NCBI GenBank assembly: GCA_030704615.1
Contig: CM060733.1
Location: 16,802,001-16,866,000 of the forward strand
Source: Takakia lepidozioides
Lineage: Eukaryota; Plantae; Bryophyta
Reading direction: 5' to 3'
DNA length: 64,000 nt
Shown here: piece by piece, positions 11,650 to 24,389 of the stretch
How positions within the stretch are numbered: position 1 is the stretch's first letter
Layout: the number at the start of each line of letters is the position of its first letter
Position numbers and translations under genes: made by a program
Notes under the pieces: model-generated
Told to the model about the DNA's origin: nothing
Seen by the model: the letters and a program-made list of their open reading frames with translations, nothing else
Database searches by the model: none

Positions 11650-14600
11650 AGTTGAATAGTTTGCCAACCCCATGAAAGCACGAACTCTGCTTACATCTAT
11701 GGGGTGTGGAATGCGTGCAATGGCCTCTACCTTTGTCTGTTGAACACCCAATCCTCCAGGGTATATCATGTGGCCCAGATACTCAATCTGATCATGGAAG
11801 AACTTGCACTTTCCAGGGTGCAATTTCAATCCTTGCGCCCTCAAGTACTCAAACACCACCTGAAGGTGTCTCTCATGCTCCTCAACCGTGGCACTAAAGA
11901 TGATGATGTCATCAATGTAGCACCGGGCGAAGTCTAGCCCTGCAAGAATCCTATCCATGACCCTCTGAAACTTTGCAGGAACATTCTTCAACCCAAATGG
12001 TAGGAAGCGCCATTGGTACAAACAATCCTTCCCATGCTGGTCAATCCCCCAGAAAGCCGTCTTTTGCTTGTCAGCCTCTTTGATTGGTAACTGGTGATAA
12101 CCTGATCGTAAGTCCAATGTGCTAAACACCTTCGCATCCCGATGACATCAAAGATTTCCTCTGGAGTTGGCATGACATATCTATCGGACTTAGTCTGACG
12201 GTTCATAGGACGATAGTCCCCACACATCCTTCTTTCTGTCTAATTGCCATAGATATCCTTCTTAGCTGGCATCACCGTTGCCGAGGGTACTCCCCGCCTG
12301 ACAACTCCACCAATCCAGCTTCAAACAACTTCATAGTCCGTGACTGGATCAAAGACCTCTCCATGTCACTATACATGTAGGGCCTTCGAAAAATTGGCGT
12401 ATCACTTGCCAAATCAATACAAATCTCCTGACCCTTCAAACTCCCCAAATCCTTCAAACCGAAGGCAAAGCAATTTCTATAAGCCCTTAGAAATCGCTGG
12501 ATCCTCCGTCTCTCTCCTCCGGTGACTGTAGGTCCAACATCTGGTTCCCAATTGTTCTCAATGACTGCAACCTTGGATACACCAGGCTTGGAGGTAGGAG
12601 ACACATCCTTTGGTTGCTAGGTAGCAACCTCTTGGGCCTTGTTCACCCACCCTAACTGTGGCATAGCCTCCAATTGCTCCGCCTGCATAGCCACCTTGAA
12701 AACGTCCTCCGCGCAAGAAACATCCTCAACCTCTTCAAAAACCTTGGCCACCTTGGCCTCCAACTGATCCTCCATGTATGGCTTTCCCCACTCTTCATAT
12801 TGCTCCTTGAGAGATCCAATGACTCTCTCTCTCCGCATCTCATCCCACATTTGCCATGGGTGTTTGCACCCCACGATCCTGTGCTCACCCCCACTCACTG
12901 CCTCAACTGTCCCAGTTGGCAGGGAGGATGCACTATCCAATGGGAGTGCCCAAGTAGCCACCACTGCTTGCAATCTCCGTTGCTCAACCATGCACAAGCC
13001 AATGACCCATGTCAAGCAATTTAGATTCATTGCTTGACCCAACACATGTCGGCGTGATGCCTCTGATAGAGCTGGCACAGCTGTAGTGCCCGTGGCAAAC
13101 CCCATTTCCCGCTCTCGCTCATCCGCATTGGGCTTAACCAATTTCTGTAGCACATTGTCCCAAATCAACCCTGGACCATTGTCTCGAAAAGCATGAGACG
13201 AGGAAAAACTCATGAGTGTAGGCAAGGCCGCACGTGGTTGCCGCACTCGATTGATCGCCGCCAAAGGTGGACGATCATCATGTCGCACTCTCTGTGGTTG
13301 CCTCCCTTGGTCTAAAATGCCCTCAACCATGAGGTTGGGTGGCCGTTGAATGGAATCATTGGCTCTCTTGAGCAACTCTGGTGGTGCAAGATTGGTCCAC
13401 CACAACCTAGGCCTATGTGCCCGTGAACCCACTGCAACTACATCCAACAATACAGTTACAGTTGGTCCAATCCATGACCGAATCTGATGTACACTGGCCA
13501 TAACCCTGGCCCAAGAATCCCCCATGAGAGGAACATTCTCCAGGATGTAAGCTGGAGGTTGCACTTGCCTCACCTGCAAGTCACGCAACACTCGCAGCAT
13601 TTCTCAAAAACAGATGCGATCATGCATCACGCAAACCATTACCATGACCTGCGGGAGAATGTCCTTGGCAAGGCCACCCTCTTATCACCAAGTCAATGGG
13701 ACCATACCGATCCAAATTCTCTGCCCTTAGCATGGTAATGTCTGCTGGCAAGGCCTTTTGGTACCCTTGAATTGCTGAGAGAAGCAACAACTCAGGATAC
13801 TGATGTGTGAGCAAGGCAACATGGCACATGGAAACACGTCGAGCAAATTTCATCCTTCTCCACATACAAATACTTACGTACTTTGATTCTTGCTTGCAAC
13901 ACTCCTGCAAGCCTAGTGTTCATGCCTCCAAACAGGTCTAGCAAACAAATGCTTGAGTCAGGTTGTTGCCAGATAATAGACACTGTGTCCAATGGAGCTA
14001 ACTGAGGAGGTCCAGGTGATGTCACTGAACTCCCCTCATCTACCGATGGAAAGGCCTCCTGCCATGCTTTCTGCACACACTGACTTGTCACTCACTGCAA
14101 ATCCCCAACTGTACCCCACAGTGAGCTATGCACAGGAACATGAGGAAGCAACTCAGCCTTGTATGCCAATTGCTTGTCCTCATCAGATGGTGGCCTATCA
14201 TCTGCATGGCTATTTCCCTCCAAGAGCTCACCACCCCAAGCCACCACACCTGAGAATGCAGCCAATGTTGGCATCATGTTCCTATGATCCACCGCTACAT
14301 TCCCAATAAACCGCACTGGGAGCAGTGCACGTCGGCCATCCCCTAACTGCCACTCTGGCCTACATTAGGACGTCGTTTCCTCCCAAAAGTCCAGAGTAAA
14401 TTCCATTGGGTATAACACAGTCCCACCAATAAGCACATCATATGACATTGCGTCCATAACAATGGCTTTAGCTCTCATGACTGAGCCATCCGTAGGATGA
14501 TTTGGCTGCAATCGAATGAAGAGCTCATGGCGTGTAATCCCTCGCGCCTTCTCTGAACCACCCAAAGATGTTTGAATTTGGAAAGGGCAAGGCTCCAAGT

Positions 14601-17050
14601 CCGCCTCTGTAAGGCCCAAGCCTGCAATTGTTGCTCTCCCCAACATCAATGGTTGTGCTCCCGAGTCCAACAAGACCCGCAGTGGCCTATACCTCCTCTT
14701 GGTTGGGCCACCCAATTGAAACACTCCATCCTGATTGTCCACCAGGACTACACCAGGAGTCACCATGTTGCGCTCAATGGCTGGCCTAGCTGACAACTCC
14801 TGTAACCTTGCAGCTGCCGCTTGCCATGGCGCAGCTGTGGCTGACTTCACCCTTGAATCCAAAGCATCCATAGACTGTACCTTATCTGCTATCTCCGTAG
14901 ATAGTGCCGATGCATCACCACTCTCACAGAGTCTAGCTGCTAGTCTGAACACAGCAGCTGGCCGAATCCCTGACATTGCAATGGTCATTGCAGAAAATAA
15001 TGGAGCTTGACAAACCACCATAGCCGCCCCCAACAATGTACTGGTTGCACCTTGTTTTGCAGCACCACCCACTAGCATTTCCCGAGCCACACCAACTCTC
15101 CCCAATGACACTCGTGGCTCTACCTCTGACACACTTGGGTGAGCGGCACTACAGCTTTTACGTCTCTATGTTATGACTGCAAATGCAGTTATGGAAGCCA
15201 TTTACGACTTCCTGACTCTGAAGACGTAAAAGCCTAGTCAGTTGTGACATGGCAGATATGACTCTCCAGGCTGGCTGTGACATGGCGCCTGAGCAGCTGT
15301 GGGGGTAGTCATACACGCTGGCTTTACTGAATGACTGAACGGACAGTGTAGTCCATGTCAGCGGCTGTGCAAGAGTGGCACATGCTCGATACAGGAAATG
15401 ACACGTGGCAGAATGTTCGCTCTCCATGACTGCGAACTATGACTACGGGCGTGCTAATCCGGTTGCATCACTAAATTTTTTTTTTGGATAGTATCATCAA
15501 TTTGTTTTTGGGTCATGGACTTTCATGGAGCAGGATCTGCCGTTTTTGGTCCACTTAACCCTGCAACTGCCCATACATGCAATGGCCCTACAAGTGCGGC
15601 TCCACTCATGAAGCCCATACCAATCTGATCTTCCCTAGGCATAGGAGGTTGTGAAGGTGGGGCTTGAACCTCAAGCCTTGGAGCTAATTGACCCTGACCC
15701 TGTGCTCTTTGGTTTTGGTTACGACCTCCACCCTGACCTCTGCCTCCTCTACCTCTCTGGACTACATTGCCTCGTCATCGGCCACCATTGTTCCCTTGGA
15801 ACTGGCCTGGCCGTAGCTCAGGATGCAAGCCATAACAATGGGCCTCCTCATGCCCATACTTGCCACAATGCCCACACTGTAGTTGTATAGGCTGTGTCTG
15901 TGCCGACCCTTAGCCTCTCTTCGGGCAATCCTTCTTGACATGGGGTCCTCCACAATCCCAACAAGTTACACCCGACTGTTGTTGGCCTGAGAATGAAGGA
16001 AGAGACCTCTGCATCTGAGATCCTCTCTGTCCTTCCCTAGGCTTTGCCTGAGCCCCCTTGTTGCCTTGAACTCGTTGGGGTAGTGGTTGTTGTTGGTTAG
16101 GATCCCCACTTCGTTGTGTCTCCTTGCCAAACCCCACCATAACCACTCGCTCCTCCACCATATTGAGCTCTATCCGCTCTGCCAGCAAAAACACATTTGT
16201 TAAGGTGGGTTGGTCCACTTGTAGGAAAGTTGCATCCCGCACCCTTCTCCTCAGCTCCTTGTCTAATATCCCATACCAGAATTGGACTGCCTGAGCTTCC
16301 GTAACCCCTTGGGTTACATTTATCAAGCGTCTCATGCGCGTATAAGCCTCCCTCAAACTCTCAGTAGGCCTTCGTTGGAACTCTTGCAAGCTCTGCAACT
16401 TCTCTGTCCTTATCCCCTTGTAGTTTCTCCTCAACTCCTCGAAGAACTCCACAACTGCGTTAAAGGCAGGCACGGCTGCTGGTGCTGCAACATGAGCTTG
16501 AGTGGATTTCCCAGCTCCTGTATCACTTGTCCTACTACTAGTGCTTGCAGTTGGGGATGTTGGTGTAGCTGCTGGTGTCGCCACTGCTCTTGTGCCTTTG
16601 GTGATGGAGATATAGTCAGGTGACCAATACTCCCGCCATTCCTCAGTCTCCACCTCATGTCCCCGCCAAAACTCATGGTAATCATCCATGGGCGGCCCCT
16701 CAAGGTGCTGAAACATCCATTTCCACGCCATAAAAGGTGTAAACAGTTGTGGATTGCGCATCTGCTGCAAATTACACCAACTATCAAAGTCCTGTACGAA
16801 ATCATCAAGCTCGATGACGCCCACAGCTCCAGAATACCGGCGTGGCCCCTTGGTAGCTCCATATATTTCCTCCATCATATCCCACAACAATGGCAAGGAA
16901 ATGGCTTGCACCCTCGGCGAGAAATCCTCCTGACTCCGAGTCTGAACCTTCCTCAGAAGACACTGGTGCCTAAACCGCACACCTCGTCTTGTGTACCCAC
17001 TAGTATCGCTGGTGCCTGTACCGGCACTCCCCTCATCAACTGGTGGCACC
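11650..17050 (-). mobile_element. Ty3/Gypsy LTR retrotransposon, 5' half: gag-PR-DNMT-RT (degenerate, truncated after RT)
   Basis: Gag with zinc knuckle CWDCGGPHVKKDC (15910-17049), aspartic protease LLDSGAQP (14365-15132), C5-MTase domain, and RT with LDLRSGYHQ, PFGLKN and YIDD (11647-12604). Confidence 0.92.
13010..13975 (-). pseudogene. DNMT3-like C5 cytosine DNA methyltransferase domain embedded in the Gypsy pol (frameshifted)
   Basis: Motifs in order: I LLDLFGG (~13930), II YLYVE, III DI, IV DLVIRGWPCQG (~13680), VI ILENV (~13535), VIII RAHRPRLWWTN (~13400), IX EREMGF (~13105), X RRHVLGQAM (~13035). Confidence 0.88.
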
Positions 17051-17199
17051 TCCGTGATGAAAATTCACAACCCAACCGGTTGTCAACCTGTCTCTAATCC
17101 CCACTTTCCATAAGGTAACCGGGTAGAGAACCTGTTGCGGCTGGTGGTTCAAATAGAAATACCAGGTTTCTAACGTAGACCGGTACCTGCACATGCATC

Positions 17200-19657
17200 C
17201 ACCACAAGCACTCCTATGGTCTGCTGGTCATCAACCCAGCCTCACCATAAGAGAAACAATGATGGTCTGATTGGTCATCACCCCAGCCTCACCACCGACA
17301 GCACGCTCTAGGATTGGCCGGTGATCAAATCCGGACCAACCTCCTATGAAAAACAAGCGCCCACACAAAACTGACATGGCGTACAGTCAAGCATGCAGGT
17401 GTGGAGGGGATCCAAACACAAGAAAATCAAAACAATAACTCCTCCACACCAAAAACACTCCAAAGTGTCGCTCCTGCAAGACACCCCAGCCCAAACCTGG
17501 ACTGACTCTTACCTCCACCTACGGGAAGGTTTTGGCCTACAGAGAGGGTGAAAGACTACAAGGAAGAGAGACTAAAGCAATTCCTATCACAACATTCTCT
17601 CATCCCACTACCCTGTCTCCACACTCTCTTGCTTAAGCAACAGACAAGACCTTTCAAGGATCTCTCAAATAACTCCCTCAAGATGTCCCTCAAACAATCT
17701 CACTAAGGCTCCCAAAGCTTGCACCATTACACTCCAAACAGTCCACCAAAGCCCCAAGAGCCTGCAAAGTCTTGGCCCTCAAAGACCCCAAATACTCCTT
17801 CAACAAGTCGCCAAGTACTCCTCAAGCTCGCCGAAATATTGGCCTCCAAGGACCCCAAACAGCCCTCCAAATAGCCCTCCAAAGGCTCCAAAAACTTGCC
17901 AAATATTGGCTTTCAAGGACCCCAAATGGTCCTCCACATAGCCCTCCAAAGGCTCCAAAGACTTTCCAAAACTTGGCCTTCAAAAACTGCAAATAGTCCT
18001 CTAAACAGTCATCCAAATACCTCTTCAAAAGCTCTTCAAAGTGCCTTACAAAAGCTCCTCAGAGTGTCTTCCAAAAGCTCCTCAAAGGACCCCAAAGATC
18101 CCCCAAAAGGCCCTTGAAAATCCTCCAAAAGCCCTATATTGTCTTTATATGTCACTATGTTCCCATCCGATAGTGACCGTTCCCACACTACAGTGATGGT
18201 TCCCAGACTACGGTGACCGTTCCCACACTTTGGTGACTGTTCCCATGAACCTAGGGTTTCATGTGCATCTCATGCTAGGGTTTGTGCATTCTAAGCTAGG
18301 GTTTAGGCTTCCTTGTGCTTCATGCTTGCTCTCCTCAAGCATCCATGACTTCTATGAGATACCAAGGCAAACTACCTTGATCTTCTTCACCTCAAGCCAC
18401 AACCAAGCTTGGTTCCATCTCACCTAGCAATGCATTTGTCACACAACAAGCTTCATTTCTCTTTGGAGCTCAAGAATCAAGCTTTTTACCTCATTTGACA
18501 AGCAACCAAGTCTTGCACTCATTCATGTGCTCTTCTTTGGCCATCCACACACATGCTCCACTCTTGGCTTCTATGTGTTGCTTCTCCAAGCATCAATACA
18601 TCTCCATCTCATGCAAAGAGGAAGATTCAAGTCCCTTCACTTGCTAGCTCAAGAGTCGTGCTCTCCTCAAGCTTAAGGTTGAAACCCCAACTCAAACATG
18701 TGCTCTACAAGTGCTTTTCCTTCATCTAAGTGGAAACCAGCCCTTTTCCTTTCTTCTTGCTCTCCAAGGCTTGAAAATTGAAGCTTCAATGGGCTGAAAA
18801 CATGCTCCACATAAGCATCACCTTATACACAAGGAATGAACTTGTTCCCTTCACCTTCTAGCTCTCCTCAACCTTGAAGTTGGAAGCCGCACTTGGAAAG
18901 CATGCTCCACACATGCGCCACTTGCTTGGTCAACCACTTGCTTCACCAAGAGCAATCCTTGAATAACTCATAGAACTAGCAAAAGCACTCCCTTCTAGCA
19001 CCTTAGCTTGCTTGTTTGTCAACCAAATAAAACCCCACTTGGCTTCATTTCACCATGGATAAAACAACCACTTCTTAGCTTCTCTTGAGCTACTCAATGC
19101 TCCTCAAGCTATCCTTGTTGTACTCCTTCTATGGTGTTTCTAACCCAAGCATGTGCCGCTCTTTGGCTTCTCTTTCACACCATGAACAACTAGAGATTGC
19201 TCTTGAAACCCTAGTCTATATCTTTTCCACACACAAGACGCTTCTCTTGTGATGCAAGAGCTCTTTTCCAAACTCTCAAACCCTTGGTGCACAATAATGC
19301 TTCTACAAACCCTCAATGCATTCTTTTCACCATAGAAGCCACTTTCTTGGCAAATGGTTGTCACAACACTTGAGATACAAGAGATGACGCTCTTTCTTCT
19401 CAAACTTTCAAACCTTTTGCTTCCACACACATAAGACTTTCTCCCTGCAATACTTGCAAAGTCTTGTAACTCAAGAGCTCACTCCTTGAGCTCTCCACCT
19501 CCTTGATGTAATACAAACACACTCTCTCTTGCAACACCTTGCAAGCCTTGTGAGATACTTGAGCTTTTCCTAGCTCTCTCACTCCTTGATGTACACCAAC
19601 ACAAGTGCTAAACTAATCCTTACACTCCGCACTCACAAGCATAAGTCATCTTCTTGT
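17200..19657 (-). repeat. Non-coding leader/LTR-internal region upstream of gag, with short tandem motifs
   Basis: Repeated GGTCATCA.CCCAGCCTCACC (17226, 17273), CTCCAAA/GGACCCCAAA arrays (17700-18130) and GTGACCGTTCCCA repeats (18173-18245). Strong strand skew and no credible ORF. Confidence 0.5.
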
Positions 19658-20022
19658 AGTGATAATGAAAGTGAACATAATGGAAACACACCACTCATGA
19701 ACCACTCAATCACATAAACTAAGTCAAGCCAAGGGCACCCTTGCTAAGGGAATCCACCCTACAAAGCCCTCACCACACTCCGTCTCAATACCTAGAGCTA
19801 TGGAGGTGAGAGAGACTCATGGAGGCTCAACTACAAGAATATGAGCCTCCTCCATTCTCACAAGGGGAAAAACTATCCCCATATCCCAAGTGAGGCTCGA
19901 CACCTCACTTGGCATGTGAGACCAAATAAAGTCCCAACACACAAATATAAATATAAATATTTAAAATGTCCTAGTTAACTAGAAGTAGGTAATTCTAGAT
20001 AACCATGACTAAAACCATGACA
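19658..20022 (-). repeat. LTR 5' end (TGTCATGG...), inverted copy of 44240-44603
   Basis: About 365 bp is near-identical to the reverse complement of 44240-44603. It begins TGTCA on the minus strand. Confidence 0.8.
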
Positions 20023-20358
20023 CGACGCGTACTTCCTCGTCTGGACCCTGTACGACGGCAAGTGGAGCCTACTCGAAGTCTGATAATCCTGTTGGAGATT
20101 GAGGCTTCGAACCCAGAGGGCAACGAAATCATGTTTGAAGGCAGCTTCGAAAATCAGAATACTCAAATCACTGCGTGGTCCCAAGTTCAAGGTGATGGAC
20201 ACTATCGATGGTTGCAGGGACTTATAAATCATTTGAGTCAAGAACAAAGAGCCGAATACTTGACAAGTACCAAACGCCGGATTTTGGATTTTCTCCAACT
20301 CTAAGCAAGTCCAAGATTTTACCACTCCTCGAGGAACTTGGCGCTAGAGGAGTGGTGA

Positions 20359-20987
20359 TGTCACGGACATAGCCCAGAGGACCTTACCAGGAGTAAATAC
20401 CAGAAGTTACCAAGTTATCAAAAGTTATCATAATTTACCATAATTTACGATTATCTATCATGATTTACCATAAGTTACCATAAGTTACCAAATTACCGAG
20501 AGTTTATCAAATTACCGAGAGTAACTTGGGAAACTATTCATGAAGCTTCATTTGGAGGAAACTTCTTCATCAAGATACCTCATTTGTTTAAAGAAACTTT
20601 TCCATCAAGAAACCTCCATTGGGGAAGCTTCTTAGGGAAGCTTCTTAGGGAACTTCCTAGTAGCTAGTATATATAAAAGACGGGACTGGACACTCCTAAG
20701 TCTCGCCAACACAAGTTCAAGCTACTCTTATTTCTAGTCCCAGTACTCCAGTTCAACTTCTAGTACTCTAGCCTAGTTTCCAGTATCTGGCACTCTAGTC
20801 CAGTTCCCAGCATTCCAGTATTCAAGTCAAGTTCCAGTATCTTGTACTTTTGTCCATTGTTATAAAGATCATCTTGATTCCTGTTTACCCATCATGCATT
20901 CGGCCACGCCGACCTTGACTTCTTGTCTAGTCTTGTACCTCTAGTCTGATCTCTTGTTTGTGTTCAGTCATGCTCTCGTCCTTGACA
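20359..20987 (+). mobile_element. 3' LTR of a different LTR retrotransposon, preceded by a polypurine tract
   Basis: PPT-like AGAGGAGTGGTGA, then TGTCACGGAC ... GTCCTTGACA terminal inverted ends. Internal TATATAAA (~20669) and TTACCA(T)AAG repeats. Confidence 0.7.
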
Positions 20988-21317
20988 CTCACTATAACTA
21001 AGGGGCCTAATTTGTGAGCTGTCATAACATTCTAGAATTAAACGTGATATGTGATAGCATTGCTATCCATTAAACGAGTAGAGTTTGAAGGCTGGGAGGA
21101 AAGGAAGGTGAATGTTTATATTCATATGCATGAAGAGCTTGTACTGGTAAAGAATTGGATTCCAAAGGATATTCTGTGGATCAAACTCACACCAAGAACA
21201 GCTTTCCAGACTTGTTTGTCATATGGTAGTCTGTGTGTTAGTATAGTATAGTGAGAGTTAGTAGCTGGTCGTTATAGGTTTGGGCTTCGTTTAATTGGTC
21301 TTAGATACATTAAATAT

Positions 21318-22886
21318 TGGCAGTGGGAAGAGGAGCATGAGCAAGCCTTTGAGGAACTCAAGGCTCGGTTGACTTCTGCGCCTATTCTGAGGCGACCTAT
21401 TTGGGGGCGGCCTTTCTAGCTACATACGGATTGGAGTATGCTGGGGATTGGAGCAGTGCTCACATAGGTGGATGATGAGGGAAGAGAGTTCGTAGTGGCA
21501 TATGCTAGCCGCTCGAACAATGATGCCGAGGCGAAGTATAGTTCCTATGAAGCGGAGTGTCTAGCTGTAGTATGGACAATGACACATTCTAGATGCTACC
21601 TCTATGACAATCTCTTCACCCTTGTCACGGATCACCAACCATTGAAGTGGTTGATGGAGTTAGACAAGCTTACAGGGAAGCTTGCACGGTGGGCACTTAT
21701 GCTTCAAGAGTACAACTTCCAGGTGGTGCATCGAGCCGGAATAGTTAACCAGGATGCGGATGGATTGAGTTGCAATTCATGCACAAGTGAGCTTGATGAT
21801 ACAGGAGCTCGTTGGCATGGTGAGACGGACGAGGAGATGGTACCAAGATGACACGCATCTGCATTTTTATGCATTCTAGCAATGGGAGCTCAAGCTGGTC
21901 CATCCCATGTGATTGGTCATGGAGATAGTGTGCAGTGAGGAGCTTGGTGGTGCTAAGGATATGCATGAAGATGCATCAGTGTTGGCCTACCTTCGTACTG
22001 GAGAGACAACAGTCAGTGTGACTGCTAAGGAGAGAGATCGGATCCTACAACGAGTCAAGAGGTTCAAGTGGGAGGGGACTCACCTACTCCGAGTATGGCA
22101 GGATGGACGAGTAAGGATTGTGCCTCATCCAACACAACGAGCACGATTGGTACGATGCCCATGAGGAGTTGGGACATTTTGGGGTGCGGCACACTCATAG
22201 TTTGCTGCAATGACAGTATTGGTGGCGGGGCATGCACACGGATGTACAACAGTTAGTGGCAAGGTGCATGATGTGTGATAGAGTGCGGGCTTCTTTCAAT
22301 GCAACTACTCCACAATTGCATCATTTACCTATTATGGGTTTGGGCTATCATTGGAGTCTTGACCTCGAAGGCCCATTGCTACTAACGATTCGTCATAACA
22401 AATATGTGCTGGTGATAGTGAAACATTTCTCCAAATGGATTGAACTGATGGCATTGCCTGACAAGGCAAGTGAGAGGGCTGCGTATGCATTCTTAGATTG
22501 AGCATTTAGCCAATTTGGTGCTCCAGTCAAGGTACTCACGGACCAGGGGAGAGAGTTCTTGGGGGAGTTTCAAGCTTTATGTGAGCAAGCCTTGATAAAC
22601 CACCGCACTACTTCACGGGATCATCCCGAGGTTGATGGCTTGGCGGAGAGAGTTGTTCAAACAGTCAAGAGGGGTTTGCGCAAGTATGGTTTGCAGAAGG
22701 GACACTTGGGAGATTGGGACCTTCAGCTGTCTTGGTTGGCTATGGGCTATAGATTCAACAAACAAGCGTCATTTGCCTCCTTCTCACCTTACTTTCTTCT
22801 CTTCGGCCGAGAGCCAGATTTGTCTGCATCTATTCGCAGGGAGGCTGCAGTAGTCCTTGACCTTGATGATCCGGATGTGTGGACAC
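21318..22886 (+). mobile_element. Gypsy RNaseH-integrase region (degenerate), interrupted by a hAT insertion
   Basis: [46 protein letters not shown] / C..C zinc finger, VLTDQGREF and GLAERVVQTVK. Confidence 0.9.
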
Positions 22887-23079
22887 CCTGGTTATCAGCG
22901 TCATGTCCGTCCGTCAGCGTCAGGTCACGTCAGACCTGACGCTGACGGAACCTCCGTCACGTCAGGTTCGGGGAATATTCTGTTAAAAATAGTAGCAAGT
23001 AAAATACTGCCAATTAAGCAGCCACGTCGCCGACACGGTGGCGGTGATAAATACATTCTGAAAATTAACAAAATGAACG

Positions 23080-23910
23080 CGACCGCCAATTATTGCGGTC
23101 GCTTTGTTTTTCAAAATTAAAAAAGAAATAGCGACCGCCATATTGGCGGTCGCTTCAATTTTTTATTTTTTTTAAACAAGATTGGCAGTTGCACTGGCGG
23201 TCGTTTTATTTTTCGAATTAAAAAAACAAATAGCGACCGCTATCTTGGCGGTCGCTTCAATTTATCTTATAAAAAAAACAAGATTGGCGGTCGCATTGGC
23301 GGTCGCCTAATTTTTAAAAAAAACAAGCGACTGCCATATTGGTGGTCGCACAATTTTGTAAATATGTACAGAACAAGCGACCGCCATATGACGGTTGGAT
23401 AATTTCAAAAATAAAAAATAAAAAATAAAAAATCTGCGACCGCCATTGGGCGGTCGCTTAATTTAAAAAATATATAGAAAAACAAACGACCGCCATATGG
23501 CGGTCGGTAAGTCGCATCAATTTTAAAATATATATTAAGTTTAAGTGACCGCCAGCCTGGAGGTCGCTTAAACTTGAAAATATAAAGATTAAAAGCGACC
23601 GCCATATTGGCGAGTCGCGTTTTTTTTTAAATATTAAAAATAAAAGCGAATACCATATTGGCGGTCGCTTTATTTTAAACATATTAACAAATGAAGCGAC
23701 CGCCATACCGGAAGTCGCATTATATTTTGAAATAAAAAACAATAGCGACCGCCATACGGGCGGTCGCTTAAATTTAAAAATATACAAAATAGAAGTGACC
23801 GCAATATTACACAAAATGAAAGGAAATAAAAGCGACCGCAATAGTGACGGTCGCTTGTTTTTCATAAAAAATAAAAATATCGACTGTAGTATTAGCGGTC
23901 GCTTGATTTC
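23080..23910. repeat. Left array of GCGACCGCC-N-GGCGGTCGC palindromes with A-rich spacers
   Basis: More than 10 palindromic units visible. Confidence 0.9.
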
Positions 23911-24389
23911 AAAATTACAACAAATATGGTTGTATAGCCTTTTTCGGGTGGGCGCTATTGGTTCGTAATTTTTTTATTTCACTTTCATTTCACTTTCATC
24001 CTTCTTGGATCATATATAAGGGAGGAGGGTCACCAAGCTCCTCAATTCTTTTGGCGCAAACACTTGAGGTTGCTTTGGATGTTCTCTTCCATTGAACGAG
24101 AGTGTAGCCCAAGAGGAGGGTGCGCACCTTTTGCCGTTGTGGCTTCCACCAAAGCCACTTTAGCAGATTGTGTATAAGCTCAACACTACAACCCACATCG
24201 ACCCACTTGGGTTGCTGACAAGTGTAGAAATGTCGGGCTATCGCATTGCACTCTACATTCACAACACGTTCATTTATAGGTGACTGTTTTTTGTTGCTTG
24301 CATCACTAGGTCCCAGGGAAGTGGATATTGGGTGAAGATGATGGAGGAATGAAGCCCTTGGTATACGGTAATCCCGAACACTGTCAGTG

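Noticed and set aside
13010-13975. DNMT as a host DNMT3/DRM gene
   Set aside because: It is intronless, has no host regulatory domains, keeps the unpermuted motif order (unlike DRM), and is collinear with PR and RT.
20005-20304. 99-aa ORF as a host gene
   Set aside because: It starts inside an LTR end and lies in the 3' region of another LTR element just before its PPT, with no recognisable motif.
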